Assembly (NCBI GenBank): GCA_950097015.1
Contig: CATNEN010000039.1
Coordinates: 7,192,001 to 7,256,000 of the forward strand
Length of the DNA stretch: 64,000 nt
DNA from: Macrostomum hystrix
Taxonomy: Eukaryota > Animalia > Platyhelminthes
Direction: 5' to 3'
Part shown: one piece after another, positions 23,955-38,900 of the stretch
Position numbering within the stretch: the first letter of the stretch is position 1
How the letters are laid out: each line of letters starts with the position of its first letter
The notes under the pieces: generated by a model
Told to the model about the DNA's origin: nothing
The model's input: the letters and a program-made list of their open reading frames with translations, nothing else
Databases searched by the model: none
Made by a program: the position numbers and the translations under genes

Positions 23955-26900
23955 TCATAACCTTAGACTTGTTTGACTTGCAAAAATCGACACCGAAATC
24001 AATGTGAAAACTGTCGAAAAATTCGACCAGCTGGTTGCTTGGCTCAAACTCGTCTGCCCATCTTCTCCGGCCAGGTGCGACTGCAGGTGCACGCCTTAAA
24101 ATAAGAGAATAGAGTTTGGGACACCGTTTTTAGCATAAAACCATGAACGCAGATCCAATGATGCTGCGGAACAAAACAAAAGTTGGAATGCACGTTAACG
24201 CGTAACAACCACCACACATCGTGTAACACCCCGCTGAACTTCTGGTACCCTGGACGTTCTCCTGACACCCTAAGACTCTCCTGACACCCTACAGACTCTC
24301 CTGACACCCTACAGACTCTCCTGACACCCTACAGACTCTCCTGACACCCTACAGACTCTCCTGACACCCTACAGACTCTCCTGACACCCTACAGACTCTC
24401 CTGACACCCTACAGACTTTCCTGACACCCTAAAGACTCTCCTGACACCCTACAGACTCTCCTGACACCCTACAGACTTTCCTGACACCCTAAAGACTCTC
24501 CTGACACCCTACAGACTCTCCTGACACCCTACAGACTCTCCTGACACCCTACAGACTCTCCTAACACCCTACAGACTCTCCTGACTTTCCTGACACATTA
24601 GAGACTCTCCTGACACATTACAGACTGTCCTGACACCCTACAGACTGTCCTGACACCCTACAGACTCTCCTGACACTCTAAGACTCTCCTGTCACATCAC
24701 ATACTCTCCTGACACCCTACTGACTCTCCTGTCACCCTACAGTCACATCTGTAACCTGAACGACTCTCTTGAAACCTGACAGACTCTCCTGACACCCTAC
24801 AGACTCTCCTGACACCCTAAGACTTTCCTGACACCCTACAGACTCTCCTGACACCCTACAGACTCTCCTGACACCCTACTGACTCTCCTGTCACCCTACA
24901 GTCACATCTGTAACCTGACCGACTCTCTTGAAACCTGACAGACTCTCCTGACACCCTAAAGACTCTCCTGACACCATGCAGACCTTTCTGACACACTACA
25001 GTCTCTTTTGACACCCTACAGACTCTCCTGACACCCTACAGACTCTCCTGACACCCTACAGACTCTCCTGACACCCTACAGACTCTCCTGACACCCTAAG
25101 ACTCTCCTGTCACCCTACAGTCACATCTGTAACCTGACCGACTCTCTTGAAACCTGACAGACTCTCCTGACACCCTACAGACTCTCCTGTCACCCTACAG
25201 TCACATCTGTAACCTGACCGACTCTCTTGAAACCTGACAGACTCTCCTGACACCCTACAGACTCTCCTGACACCCTACAGACTCTGCTGACACCCTACAG
25301 ACTCTCCTGACACCCTACAGACTTTCCTGACACCTTACAGACTCTCCTGACACCCTAAGACTTTCCTGACACCCTACAGACTCTCCTGACACTCTAAGAC
25401 TCTCCTGTCACATTACTGACTCTCCTGACACCCTACTGACTCTCCTGTCACCCTACAGTCACATCTGTAACCTGACCGACTCTCTTGAAACCTGACAGAC
25501 TCTCCTGACACCATGCAGACCTTTCTGACACACTACAGTCTCTTTTGACACCCTACAGACTCTCCTGACACCCTACTGACTCTCCTGACACCCTACAGAC
25601 TCTCCTGACACCCTACTGACTCTCCTGTCACCCTACAGTCACATCTGTAACCTGACCGACTCTCTTGAAACCTGACAGACTCTCCTGACACCCTAAAGAC
25701 TCTCCTGACACCCTGCAGACCTTTCTGACACACTACAGTCTCTTTTGACACCTTTCAGACTCTTCTGAAACCATACTGTCACTTCTAACATCTCTTCAAG
25801 GCAGACTCACTGGAGTACTTCTCAAAGAAGTAATTAGCGAAGAAGCCGGTGGCCGAATAGCGGCTGTTGCTGACGAAGACCAGCCTTAGGCAGGCGGCCT
25901 GTCGCTCGATCCGGTACCGGCGCTGCCTGGTGTTGGATAGATCGCCGCAGAGTCTGGCCAGAGCCGGCAGGCCCGGCCTGTCGCACTCCTCCACGTGAAC
26001 GAAGTCGCTCTCGCTGTCAGGGCAGCTGCGGCAGAATTTTCGGAAATTTTTTGATTAAGCTGTTCAGATCCCCCTCTATTTGAGATACCTTTCGCTTCCC
26101 AAATCCAATTTTGCCTCAGATCCCATTCTTTCTCAGATCCCGAATATTCTCGGATCCCATCCTGTCTCAGATCCCATTCTGTCTCAGATCCCATCCTATC
26201 TCAGATCCCATTCTGTCTCAGATCCCATCCTATCTCAGATCCCATCCTATCTCAGATCCCATCTTATCTCAGATCCCATCTTATCTCAGATCCCATCTTA
26301 TCTCAGATCCCATCTTATCTCAGATCCCATCTTGTCTCAGATCCCATCTTGTCTCAGATCCCATCCTATCTCAGATCCCATCTTATCTCAGATCCCATCT
26401 TATCTCAGATCCCATCTTGTCTCAGATCCCATCTTGTCTCAGATCCCATCTTGTCTCAGATCCCATCCTATCTCAGATCCCATCCTATCTCAGATCCCAT
26501 CCTATCTCAGATCCCATCTTATCTCAGATCCCATCCTATCTCAGATCCCATCTTGTCTCAGATCCCAATTCGTCACAAAAATCCTAATTCGTCACGGACT
26601 TCAGGTTGTCAAGATCCCTATTTGCATCAAGTTCCAATTTGTCTCCAAAGAATTTCAAGGACTCCGCCTACCTGTCGGACATTGTCTCGGTGCTGAAGTC
26701 GCTAAATTCAATCCGGATTCGCTCCTGAGGCCTCGAGTAGAAAATGTATTCGCAGTGGAGCCGCTCGGGATACTCGAAAGGGAAGTTCGGGCTGGAGAAG
26801 CTGCCCGCTGAGCGCTGCCTGCTGTAGAAGCTGAAGTGGCAGCCCAACTCGCTGTTCTGATTCTTGTAGGTGCCCAGCACTGCGAAGTCTGAAGAGGGGA

Positions 26901-29900
26901 ATTTGAGCATTGTGAGAACTCGAGACTATTGGGATCTTGAGCATTTTTGAGAACTCGAGACTATTGGGATCTTGAGCATTTTGAGAACTCGAGACTATTG
27001 GGATCTTGAGCATTTTGAGAACTCGAGACTATTGGGATCTTGAGCATTTTGAGAACTCGAGACTATTGGGATCTTGAGCATTTTGAGAACTCGAGACTAT
27101 TGGGATCTTGAGCATTTTGAGAACTCGAGACTATTGGGATCTTGAGCATTTTGAGAACTCGAGACTATTGGGATCTTGAGCATTTTTGAGAACTCGAGAC
27201 TATTGGGATCTTGAGCATTTTTGAGAACTCGAGACTATTGGGATCTTGAGCATTTTTGAGAACTCGAGACTATTGGGATCTTGAGCATTTTTGAGAACTC
27301 GAGACTATTGGGATCTTGAGCATTTTGAGAACTCGAGACTATTGGGATCTTGAGCATTTTGAGAACTCGAGACTATTGGGATCTTGAGCATTTTGAGAAC
27401 TCGAGACTATTGGGATCTTGAGCATTTTGAGAACTCGAGACTATTGGGATCTTGAGCATTTTGAGAACTCGAGACTATTGGGATCTTGAGCATTTTGAGA
27501 ACTCGAGACTATTGGGATCTTGAGCATTTTTGAGAACTCGAGACTATTGGGATCTTGAGCATTTTGAGAACTCGAGACTATTGGGATCTTGAGCATTTTG
27601 AGATCTCAGGGCCATAGGGGATCATCGTAGCCAATCTGACTCACCCTGCACGAACTTGTAGGCAAACTCCAGTCCCATCTGAGGCGTGCTGACTGGCTTC
27701 TTTGCCTGAAACTCGAGCTGCAGCTTGGGACCGGAGCGGCCGTCGCCGCCTCCGCCGCCGCTCATGATCCGGATTGGTCGCTCAGGCTGCACGCTGCAGT
27801 GGGTCTCTTCCACGGATTCGTCCCTGATCCCCAATCCGCCACTGGATCTATCGTCGGCGACGTACCTGGTGACGATCACCCGGTCCCGATCGGCGCATCG
27901 ACTTAAAAACGGCTGCTTCAGCACCACCTGCTGCTGCTGGGTGGTCGGTGGCAAAGCGGTTAACGCCTTTGCCTTTCGCACCTTTCCCACCAAGGCCCCT
28001 GAGCTCGATTCCGCGGCTAGGCCACATTTATTTGGGGCGCAGCCGCGGAGAGAAGGCTTTGGGGCTTGTCGTGCAATTTACGCCTTAGAGGGCCAACCTC
28101 CATGGCGCAGTGAGAGTGTACACTGCCTGACGATGAGAAAGTCAGGGCAGATGTACACACCTGCGTGAGCGTGTGCCAGCGTACAGTATCTGTGTGCGTG
28201 TGTGCTCAGGGGTCAGTGGGATGGGCAGAATTGCCTCCTCGCTGGCTTCGGATCAACTGTAACCAAATGATGTGCCATTGCCCACAGCCCTCCTGCAAAT
28301 ATCATTAGTACGAGTATTACCACCTGCTGCTGCTCAGAGGGCCGGGCTGAATCGTGCTTGAGCACAGCCAGCTGTCGGATCTCTAGAACAATGCGCTCGG
28401 TTCGATTCGCCCGACCTCGCAGCAGCCAGCGGCAGCGGCCGCCAGGATAGCCGAACGGGAAGCTGGGAGCTCGAACGATTCCGAAGGCCGACTGGCCGCT
28501 GTCGATGATAACCGGCTCCTCGGGACATTGCGTCACAGTCGGCGGCTCCAGGCTTGGCGGCGCTGACACAGGCTGCGATGACGCCGGAGTCGACGGCAGC
28601 TCGTGAGGCTCAGGCTGCTGATTCTGCTGGTGCCGCCGGAAGAACTGGTAGCTGCCACTGAAGCCGCGCTCACCGGGCGAGGTGACCCCGTTGGAGTGGA
28701 ACAGCATGGCCACCCGGCCGCTGACGGACCAGAAATCGTCCGGCGCACGATCGACTCCACAGCGAATGACGACTGTTGGCGAGGCGGAGGCGGCCAAGTC
28801 GAAGGCTTCCGCATCGTCGGTGCCGTCATGAATGTCAAGCCGGTCGCCGCGGTAGTTGGAGCCGCAGCTGGAATAAGGAAGTGGATTGGGGAATGATTGG
28901 GAAGTGGATTGGGGAAGAATCGGGAATAGGATGGGGGAAGAATCGGGAAGTGGATTGGGGAAGAATTGGGAAGAGGATTGGGGAAGAATCAGGAAGTGGA
29001 TTGAGGAATAATTGGTAATAGGATGGGGGAAGAATCGGGAAGTGGATTGGGGAATAATTGGGAAGTGGATTGGGGAATAATTGGGAATTGGATTTGGGAA
29101 TGATCGGGAAGTGGATTGGGGAAGAATTGGGAAGTGGATTGGGGAAGAATTGGGAAGAAGATTGGGGAATAATCGGGAAATGGATTGAGGAATAATTGGG
29201 AAGAGGATGGGGGAAGAATCGGGAAGTGGATTGGGGAAGAATCGGGAAGTGGATTGGGGAAGAATCGGGAAGTGGATTGGGGAAGAATCGGGAAGTGGAT
29301 TGGGGAAGAATCGGGAAGTGGATTGGGGAATAGTTGGGAAAAAGATTGGGGAAGAATCGGAAAGTGGATTGAGGAATAATCTGGAAGGGATTGGGGAATA
29401 ATTTGGAAGAGGATTGGGGAAGAATCGGGAAGTGGATTAAGGAATAATTGGGAAGAGGATGGGGGAAGAATCGGGAAGTGGTTTGGAGAATAATTGGGAA
29501 GTGGATTGAGGAATAATTGGGAAGAGAATGGGGAAAGAATCGGGAAGTGGATTGGGGAAGAATCGGGAAGTGGATTAAGGAATAATTGGGAAGAGGATGG
29601 GGGAAGAATCGGGAAGTGGTTTGGAGAATAATTGGGAAGTGGATTGAAGAATAATTGGGATGAGAATGGGGAAAGAATCGGGAAGTGAATTGGGGAAGAA
29701 TCGGGAAGTGGATTGAGGAATAATCTGGAAGGGATTGGGGAATAATTGGGAAGAGGATTGGGGAAGAATCGGGAAGTGGATTGAGGAATAATTGGGAAGA
29801 GAATGGGGGAAGAATCGGGAGTGGATTGGGGAAGAATCGGGAAGTGGATTGGGGAAGAAACGGGAAGTGGATTGGGGAAGACAGTTGGGGAGGAATGAAT

Positions 29901-32900
29901 CGGAGAGAATATCAAGAAGCAGTGTGTACCGCTCGCCGGCTGCGAGAGTTTCCAGCTGGAATGTCTCGAAGCTGATGCGCAGGGCCTCTCCCGGCTCGCC
30001 CAAGAATCGGTACTCGACTCGAGTCCTCTGGGGATAAACGGATGGGAAATTCTCGCTGCTGAACGAGCCCTGCTTGGCCTGACTGCTGAGAAAATCCTTT
30101 CGAAGCTGCACATTGGGCTGATCCGGAGACACAAACGATGGGTTTGTGTGCGAATCTGGGATAATTTAGGGAGATGTTGCTGACATAAACGAAGAAACTG
30201 TTTAGTAGCAAAAACTTTATGGAATATTCAAGTACAATGGCGCTAATACGAGTAAGAACCATCGCTTAACTAAGAATAATAAGATTTCTAAGAAAAAAGG
30301 AATTTCTAAAACACGCTTGATTTCAAAGAATCAAAGGATTTTTGGAATCTAAGAATCAGGAGCTTTCTAAGTAGGAGGAATTTCAAATAGTTAAAGATTT
30401 CTTGGAACCGTTAGATTTCTAAGAATCGTCAGTTTTTAAGAATCGTTCGATTTTAACGAACCGTTAGATATCTAAGAATCATTAGATTTCTAAGAATCTT
30501 TAGCTTTCGAAGAGTCGTTAGATTTCTAAGAAACGTTAGACTTTAAAAAATAGTTCGATTTCTAAGAATCGTTAAACTTCTAAGAATCGTTTGATTTCTA
30601 TGAATCTTTAGATTTCGAAGTATCGTCTGATTTCTAAGAATGGTTAAACTTCTATGAATCTTTAGATTTCTTAGAATCGTGGGACAGCGCAGATTTCACC
30701 CACCGCCTCCTGCGGCGCCGTCCACTCCGATGCCTTCAAGCGCTGAGCGGCCCCTCTCCAGCGGCTCAGTCGGGGTCAGCTTGTGCCGCGCCACAAACGC
30801 GTAACGCCCAGCGAACCCGGAGCCGGTGACGGCGTCGGAGTTGGCCACGAACTTAACCAGGAGGAAGGCGTCGGCGCTCACCACGGAGGCCGAGTCTGCC
30901 GAGGCGCAGTAGCTGGAGAAGTGGGCCAGCACTACGCTGGCCTCGCCGAATTCACTCTCGGTCTGGTACACCAGCAGGTGGTCCCGTCTGGCTGCGGTCA
31001 GCAGGCGGCAGGCCGTTTCGTTTCTGCCGCCACCGGCCTGCAGGCTGATGTCGCGCAGGTCCAGCCGGATTCGCTCGCCTTCGGCCGCACGGAAGTAGTA
31101 GCGGCATTGGTCGCCGGGCTTGTAGTTCTGCGGATGAGCTGGCGAGAAGAACTGACCGGACTTGCCGGCTGCCGGATCCGAGCTGCGGAATTCGCGGTCG
31201 CATGGAGCTCCGGGCAGCGGCCGCCCGCTGGACTGGAACTGGGCTGCGGAATTCGGAGAGAGAGAATGCCCTGGCAAGTGGATCGAAAGTGGAGCCCCTT
31301 AAAAGGGCCGTTTTATTACTTGCTGTATTTTCCTTATATAAATAGAATGTTATGATTACAACCAGCCCAGTTTCTCCTCAGTCTGTAGACCACTCGATTT
31401 TGTCATCAGTTCCTCAAACATTTGAGTTCGCCATCAGTCATTTGAGTTTGTCATCAGTCATTTGAGTTTGTCATCAGTCATTTGAGTTTGTCATCAGTCA
31501 TTTGAGTTTGTCATCAGTCATTTGAGTTTGTCATCAGTCATTTGAGTTTTTCATCAGTCATTTGAGTTTGTCATCAGTCATTTGAGTTTGTCATCAGTCA
31601 TTTGAGTTTGTCATCAGTTATTTGAGTTTGTCATCAGTCATTTGAGTTTGTCATCAGTCATTTGAGTTTGTCATCAGTCATTTGAGTTTGTCATCAGTCA
31701 TTTGAGTTTGTCATCAGTCATTTGAGTTTGTCATCAGTCATTTGAGTTTGTCATCAGTCATTTGAGTTTGTCATCAGTCATTTGAGTTTGTCATCAGTCA
31801 TTTGAGTTTGTCATCAGTCATTTGAGTTTGTAATCAGTCATTTGTCATCCTACAGTTTCTTACTCATTTGAGGGATAATTAATTCGCTATACCTAACAGA
31901 AGATAAATATTAAAAATTCAGATTTTCCCAGGATTTTGCAGATCGGAGCTGGGATCTTTTACAAAAAGCCAATTAGAAACGGAGACATCTCTATGGGTGA
32001 TTATTGTGTCGAAAAAATCTAGAAACGAGCACATTCCACTTTCATATTATCCGAATTCATTCATTTAAATGCTAATTTGCGAATTTGATTAATCCTAAAT
32101 CCCAGCTTTCTTATTTTCCGCCGATATAAGGGGGGGTCTACTTTTCTGAATTCATTGGCTTTTGAGTACTGATGTAGTCCTATTGGCAGCCAGCATTGTC
32201 TGATCCGTGAAAGCCCCCTGTACAAGCCTAGGAACCACAATAGTCAGTTAATTAATTATTCATTAATTAGTTTAATAAATAATGTTTAATATAATTTTTC
32301 ACTACAGTAAACTCCACCTTAGCAGTCTTATCAGGTTTGCTAGTGATGCTGTCAGTTTCAGTAAGCGAATCTTCAGATATTTATTGCGACTGTCATATGA
32401 ACTTTATCTAACTAATTCCTAAATGATTGCTCATTAAAGCCTTTACACGCTCAGTCTCTGCAATTATTGTTCTGGGGATTTCTTGTATTGGGGATTCCCA
32501 CTTTTGGGAATTCTCAAAATTACTGACTAATGACCTTGTCGTGGGAATTTCCAGTCACGGGGATTCCTTGTATTGGGGATTCCCACTTTTGGGAATTCTC
32601 AAAATGACTGACACATTATGACCTTTTCGTGGGGGTTTCCTAGTCATAGAGATTTCTTGTATTGGGGATTTCCACTTTTGGGAATTCTCAAAATGACTGA
32701 CAAATGACCTTGTCGTGAGAATTTCCAGTCACGGGGATTCCTTGTTTTGGGGATTCCCACTTTTGGGAATTCTCAAAATGACTGACACATGACTTGTCGT
32801 GGGGGTTTCCTAGTCATAGAGATTTCTTGTATTGGGGATTTCCACTTTTGGGAATTCTCAAAATGACTGACAAATGACCTTGTCGTGGGAATTTCCAGTC

Positions 32901-35900
32901 ACGGGGATTCCTTGTATTGGGGATTCCCACTTTTGGGAATTCTCAAAATGACTGACACATTATGACCTTTTCGTGGGGGTTTCCTAGTCATAGAGATTTC
33001 TTGTATTGGGGATTTCCACTTTTGGGAATTCTCAAAATGACTGACAAATGACTTGTCGTGGGAATTTCCAGTCACGGGGATTCCTTGTATTGGGGATTCC
33101 CACTTTTGGGAATTCTCAAAATGACTGACAAATGACCTTGTCGTGGGAATTCCTTATCGTGGGGATTCCCAGTCTGTGGATTCCCAGTCTGGGGATTCCC
33201 AATCTTGGGGATTCCTAATATTGGGGATTCCCAGTGTTGATAATTCTCAGTGGTAACGATTAAATTTTAGGGATTTCAAGGGATATTGTGCATATCTTGT
33301 TGACTTGCTAACCAGGTGACTCCGATAGGAAGAAATAAGAATTTTTGCTCTAGGTTTCATGCCAGTTAAATGGATATCAAGTTCTCAAAATATTCAGCGA
33401 GTTCTCAAGCTAACAAATCAATCCCAATTGTCCATGGCTCAAATAGGAACGATGCTCCACTAAGCTCAACTGCTTCTGTGCCGATAGCTCTACTAGTCTG
33501 CTAATGCATTTGGACCAGTAATGAAGCAATGACATTCTAATCCCAGATACATTTGGGGTTACTGCTTCCATTTCTTTCTTAATCCTCAGCATCGCGTGCT
33601 TTTTAGCTCTCCCTAGATTAGAAAGTGGAATTAGAAGGTAAGTACGTTGGGGCTATTTTCCCAAAGATGGAGCTGACGAATTTGGGCTAAATTCTAAACC
33701 ATGTGTATGAATTCCACTTTTCACAAAATAAATAATTTCAACATCAGCTCTCAATGCATCTCTACATCACCCTTCTTATCGAATCCCAACTACTGAATTT
33801 CCCCATCCCATCAATACTCTTCCCACATCCCATCAATACTCTTCCCACATCCCATCAACACTCTTCCCACATCCCATCAATTCTCTTCCCACGTCCCATC
33901 AATAGTCTTCCCACATCCCATCAATACTCCTCCCACATCCCATCAATACTCTTCCGACATCCCATCAATAGTCTTCCCACATCCCATCAATACTCCTCCC
34001 ACGTCCCATCAATAGTCTTCCCACATCCCATCAATAATCTTCCCACATCCCGTCAATACTCTTCCCACGTCCCATCAATAGTCTTCCCACATCCCATCAA
34101 CACTCTTCCCACATCCCATCAACACTCTTCCCACATCCCACCAATACTCTTGCCACATCCCATCAACACTCTTCCCACATCCCATCAACACTCTTCCCAC
34201 ATCCCGTCAATACTCTTCCCACATCCCATCAACACTCTTCCCACATCCCATCATACTGCCTCAAAATCCCATCCCATCATACCGCCTCAAAATCCCATCC
34301 CATCATACTACCTCAAAATACCATCCCATCATACCGCCTCAAAATCCCATCCCATCATACCGCCTCAAAATCCCATCAATACTCTTCCGACATCCCATCA
34401 ATAATCTTCCCACATCCCATCAACACTCTTCCCACATCCCATCAATACTCTTCCCACATCCCATCAACACTCTTCCCACATCCCATCATCACTCTTCCCA
34501 CATCCCATCAATACTCTTCCCACATCCCATCAATACTCTTCCCACATACCGTCAATACTCTTCCCACATCCCGTCAATACTCTTCCCACATCCCATATCA
34601 ATACTCTTCCCACATCCCATCAACACTCTTCCCACATCCCATCAACACTCTTCCCACATCCCATCAATACTCTTCCCACATCCCATCAACACTCTTCCCA
34701 CATCCCATCAATACTCTTCCCACATCCCATCAATACTCTTCCCACATCCCATCAATACTCTTCCCACATCCCATCAATACTCTTCCCACATCCCATATCA
34801 ATACTCTTTCCACATCCCATCAACACTCTTCCCACATCCCATCAACACTCTTCCCACATCCCATCAACACTCTTCCCACATCCCATCAACACTCTTCCCA
34901 CATCCCATCATACCGCCTCAAATCACAACGCTCCCAAAGTCCAACAGCAGACCTCTCTTCTCAAAGCTGAAGCCGCCGCGGAAGCCGCGGAAGCGGTTGA
35001 CACTGGCGGCAGTCTGGTACGGCCAGCTCATTCTGGAGTGCATCTCCAGCATCAGAATGCTGCCAGACGAGTAGAAGGTGCTCTGCGGCGCCCCGCTGCC
35101 GCACATCTGGTAGTTCGATGGGTCCTCGGAGTTGAGCTCAGCTTTAGAAGAGTCTAGATAGAGTTTCACATAGTCCTGGCAGCTGGAAGGTTACAGAGGC
35201 CAGTCTGACAGGTTATTTACAATGGAAACACCACGGAGTTATTTCAAATACCCACTGCCCACTTCCCAGTGGCTCCCAAGCCGAATGACCGATTTTCGTA
35301 AAAGTCCACCACGTGGATAAAACTGGTTATTTAGTGAGTCTAACTGGTTATTTAGTGAGTCTAACTGGTTATTTAGTGAGCCTAACTGGTTATTTAGTGA
35401 GTCTAACTGGTTATTAAGTGAGTCTAACTGGTTATTTAGTGAGTCTAACTGGTTATTTAGTGAGTCTAACTGGTTATTTAGTGAGTCTAACTGGTTATTT
35501 AGTGAGTCTAACTGGTTATTTAGTGAGTCTAACTGGTTATTTAGTGAGTCTAACTGGTTATTTAGTGAGTCTAACTGGTTATTTAGTGAGTCTAACTGGT
35601 TATTTAGTGAGTCTAACTGGTTATTTAGTGAGTCTAACAGGTTACTTAGTGAGTCTAACTGGTTATTTAGTGAGTCTAACTGGTTATTTAGTGAGTCTAA
35701 CTGGTTATTTAGTGAGTCTAACTGGTTATTTAGTGAGTCTAACTGGTTTTTTAGTGAGTCTAACTGGTTATACTGGTTATTTAGCGAGTCTAACTGGTTA
35801 TACTGGTTATTTAGTGAGTCTAACTGGTTATTTAGTGAGTCTAACTGGTTATTTAGTGAGTCTAACTGGTTATTTAGTGAGTCTAACTGGTTATACTGGT

Positions 35901-38900
35901 TATTTAGCGAGTCTAACTGGTTATACTGGTTATTTAGCGAGTCTAACTGGTTATTTAGCGAGTCTAACTGGTTATTTAGTGAGCCTAACTGGTTATTTAG
36001 TGAGTCTAACTGGTTATTTAGTGAGTCTAACTGGTTATTTAGTGAGTCTAACTGGTTATTTAGTGAGTCTAACTGGTTATACTGGTTATTTAGCGAGTCT
36101 AACTGGTTATACTGGTTATTTAGCGAGTCTAACTGGTTATACTGGTTATTTAGCGAGTCTAACTGGTTATTTAGTGAGTCTAACTGGTTATTTAGTGAGT
36201 CTAACTGGTTATTTAGTGAGTCTAACTGGTTATACTGGTTATTTAGCGAGTCTAACTGGTTATACTGGTTATTTAGCGAGTCTAACTGGTTATTTAGTGA
36301 GTCTAACTGGTTATTTAGTGAGTCTAACTGGTTATTTAGCGAGTCTAACTGGTTATTTAGCGAGTCTAACTGGTTATTTAGTGAGTCTAACTGGTTATTT
36401 AGTGAGTCTAACTGGTTATTTAGTGAGCCTAACTGGTTATTTAGTGAGTCTAACTGGTTATTTAGTGAGTCTAACTGGTTATACTGGTTATTTAGTGAGT
36501 CTAACTGGTTATTTAGCGAGTCTAACTGGTTATACTGGTTATTTAGTGAGTCTAACTGGTTATTTAGTGAGTCTAACTGGTTATTTAGTGAGTCTAACAG
36601 GTTATTTAGTGAGTCTAACAGGTAATTTAGTGAGTCTAACTGGTTATTTAGTGAGTCTAACTGGTTATTTAGTGAGTCTAACTGGTTATTTAGTGAGTCT
36701 AACTGGTTATTTAGTGAGTCTAACAGGTTATTTAGTGAGTCTAACTGGTTATTTAGTGAGTCTAACTGGTTATTTAGTGAGTCTAACTGGTTATTTAGTG
36801 AGTCTAACTGGTTATTTAGTGAGTCTAACTGGTTATTTAGTGAGTCTAACAGGTTATTTAGTGAGTCTAACTGGTTATTTAGTGAGCCTAACTGGTTATT
36901 TAGTGAGTCTAACTGGTTATTTAGTGAGTCTAACAGGTTATTTAGTGAGTCTAACAGGTTATTTAGTGAGTCTAACTGGTTATTTAGTGAGTCTAACAGG
37001 TTATTTAGTGAGTCTAACTGGTTATTTAGTGAGTCTAACTGGTTATACTGGTTATTTAGTGAGTCTAACTGGTTATTTAGTGAGTCTAACTGGTTATTTA
37101 GTGAGTCTAACAGGTTATTTAGTGAGTCTAACTGGTTATTTAGTGAGTCTAACTGGTTATTTAGTGAGTCTAACTGGTTATTTAGTGAGTCTAACTGGTT
37201 ATTTAGTGAGTCTAACTGGTTATTTAGTGAGTCTAACTGGTTATTTAGTGAGTCTAACAGCTATCAAACAGCTTTAGTGTTTTTTTCAAGAAAGTGCTCA
37301 AAGTGGTCGAGTAACTTTGATAGACTCAAATATACTTTGAGAAGAATTCTTAATTAACATGGCTAAGAAGGTATAAGCTAGAAAAAGTGCAATCTTAATC
37401 AGATAATCCAGTCGTGTTAATCCGAGAAGCCTGCTGTATAGCTGCTGGCTTTTACGTTTCAATTAACTCTTATCCGATTCTTTCAGCGGTGTGAATAAGT
37501 TTTCCCGCTGCAGACCGGCTATTAATTATACTCGCAGAATCTAGAGAAATTTCCACATTTGCCTCAGATTTACCAAGCTCAGGTGAGCAGATATCAGGGC
37601 TTCGTTTAACACGCTCGTTCAAAATGGCTTCGTTTCAGACTGAGGGAGAGACTGAATGAGAGTCTGAAAGAGAGACTGAATGAGAGACTGAATGAGAGAC
37701 TGAATGAGAGACTGAATGAGAGACTGAATGAGAGACTGAATGAGAGACTGAATGAGAGACTGAATGAGAGACTGAATGAGAGACTGAATGAGAGACTGAA
37801 TGAGAGTCTGAATGAGAGACTGAATGAGAGACTGAATGAGAGTCTGAATGAGAGACTGAATGAGAGTCTGAATGAGAGACTGAATGAGAGACTGAATGAG
37901 AGTCTGAATGAGAGACTGAATGAGAGACTGAATGAGAGACTGAATGAGAGTCTGAATGAGAGACTGAATGAGAGACTGAATGAGAGTCTGAATGAGAGAC
38001 TGAATGAGAGTCTGAATGAGAGACTGAATGAGAGACTGAATGAGAGACTGAATGAGAGACTGAATGAGAGACTGAATGAGAGACTGAATGAGAGACTGAA
38101 TGAGAGACTGAATGAGAGACTGAATGAGAGTCTGAATGAGAGACTGAATGAGAGACTGAATGAGAGTCTGAATGAGAGACTGAATGAGAGTCTGAATGAG
38201 AGACTGAATGAGAGACTGAATGAGAGACTGAATGAGAGACTGAATGAGAGACTGAATGAGAGACTGAATGAGAGACTGAATGAGAGTCTGAATGAGAGAC
38301 TGAATGAGAGACTGAATGAGAGACTGAATGAGAGACTGAATGAGAGACTGAATGAGAGACTGAATGAGAGACTGAATGAGAGTCTGAATGAGAGACTGAA
38401 TGAGAGACTGAATGAGAGTCTGAATGAGAGACTGAATGAGAGACTGAATGAGAGACTGAATGAGAGACTGAATGAGAGACTGAATGAGAGTCTGAATGAG
38501 AGACTGAATGAGAGACTGAATGAGAGACTGAATGAGAGTCTGAATGAGAGACTGAATGAGAGACTGAATGAGAGACTGAATGAGAGACTGAATGAGAGAC
38601 TGAATGAGAGACTGAATGAGAGTCTGAATGAGAGACTGAATGAGAGACTGAATGAGAGTCTGAATGAGAGACTGAATGAGAGACTGAATGAGAGACTGAA
38701 TGAGAGACTGAATGAGAGACTGAATGAGAGTCTGAATGAGAGACTGAATGAGAGACTGAATGAGAGACTGAATGAGAGTCTGAATGAGAGACTGAATGAG
38801 AGACTGAATGAGAGACTGAATGAGAGACTGAATGAGAGACTGAATGAGAGACTGAATGAGAGACTGAATGAGAGACTGAATGAGAGACTGAATGAGAGTC

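Noticed and set aside
25785-25810. Stop at 25785 as the end of the CUB gene
   Set aside because: A consensus donor (A|GTGAGT at 25810) precedes it, so a further exon is more likely, though an unspliced secreted isoform cannot be excluded.
28127-28145. Hammerhead ribozyme core (CTGACGA...GAAA) in SINE B
   Set aside because: Only 3 nt lie between CUGANGA and GAAA, so stem II cannot form; the segment folds better as a simple hairpin.
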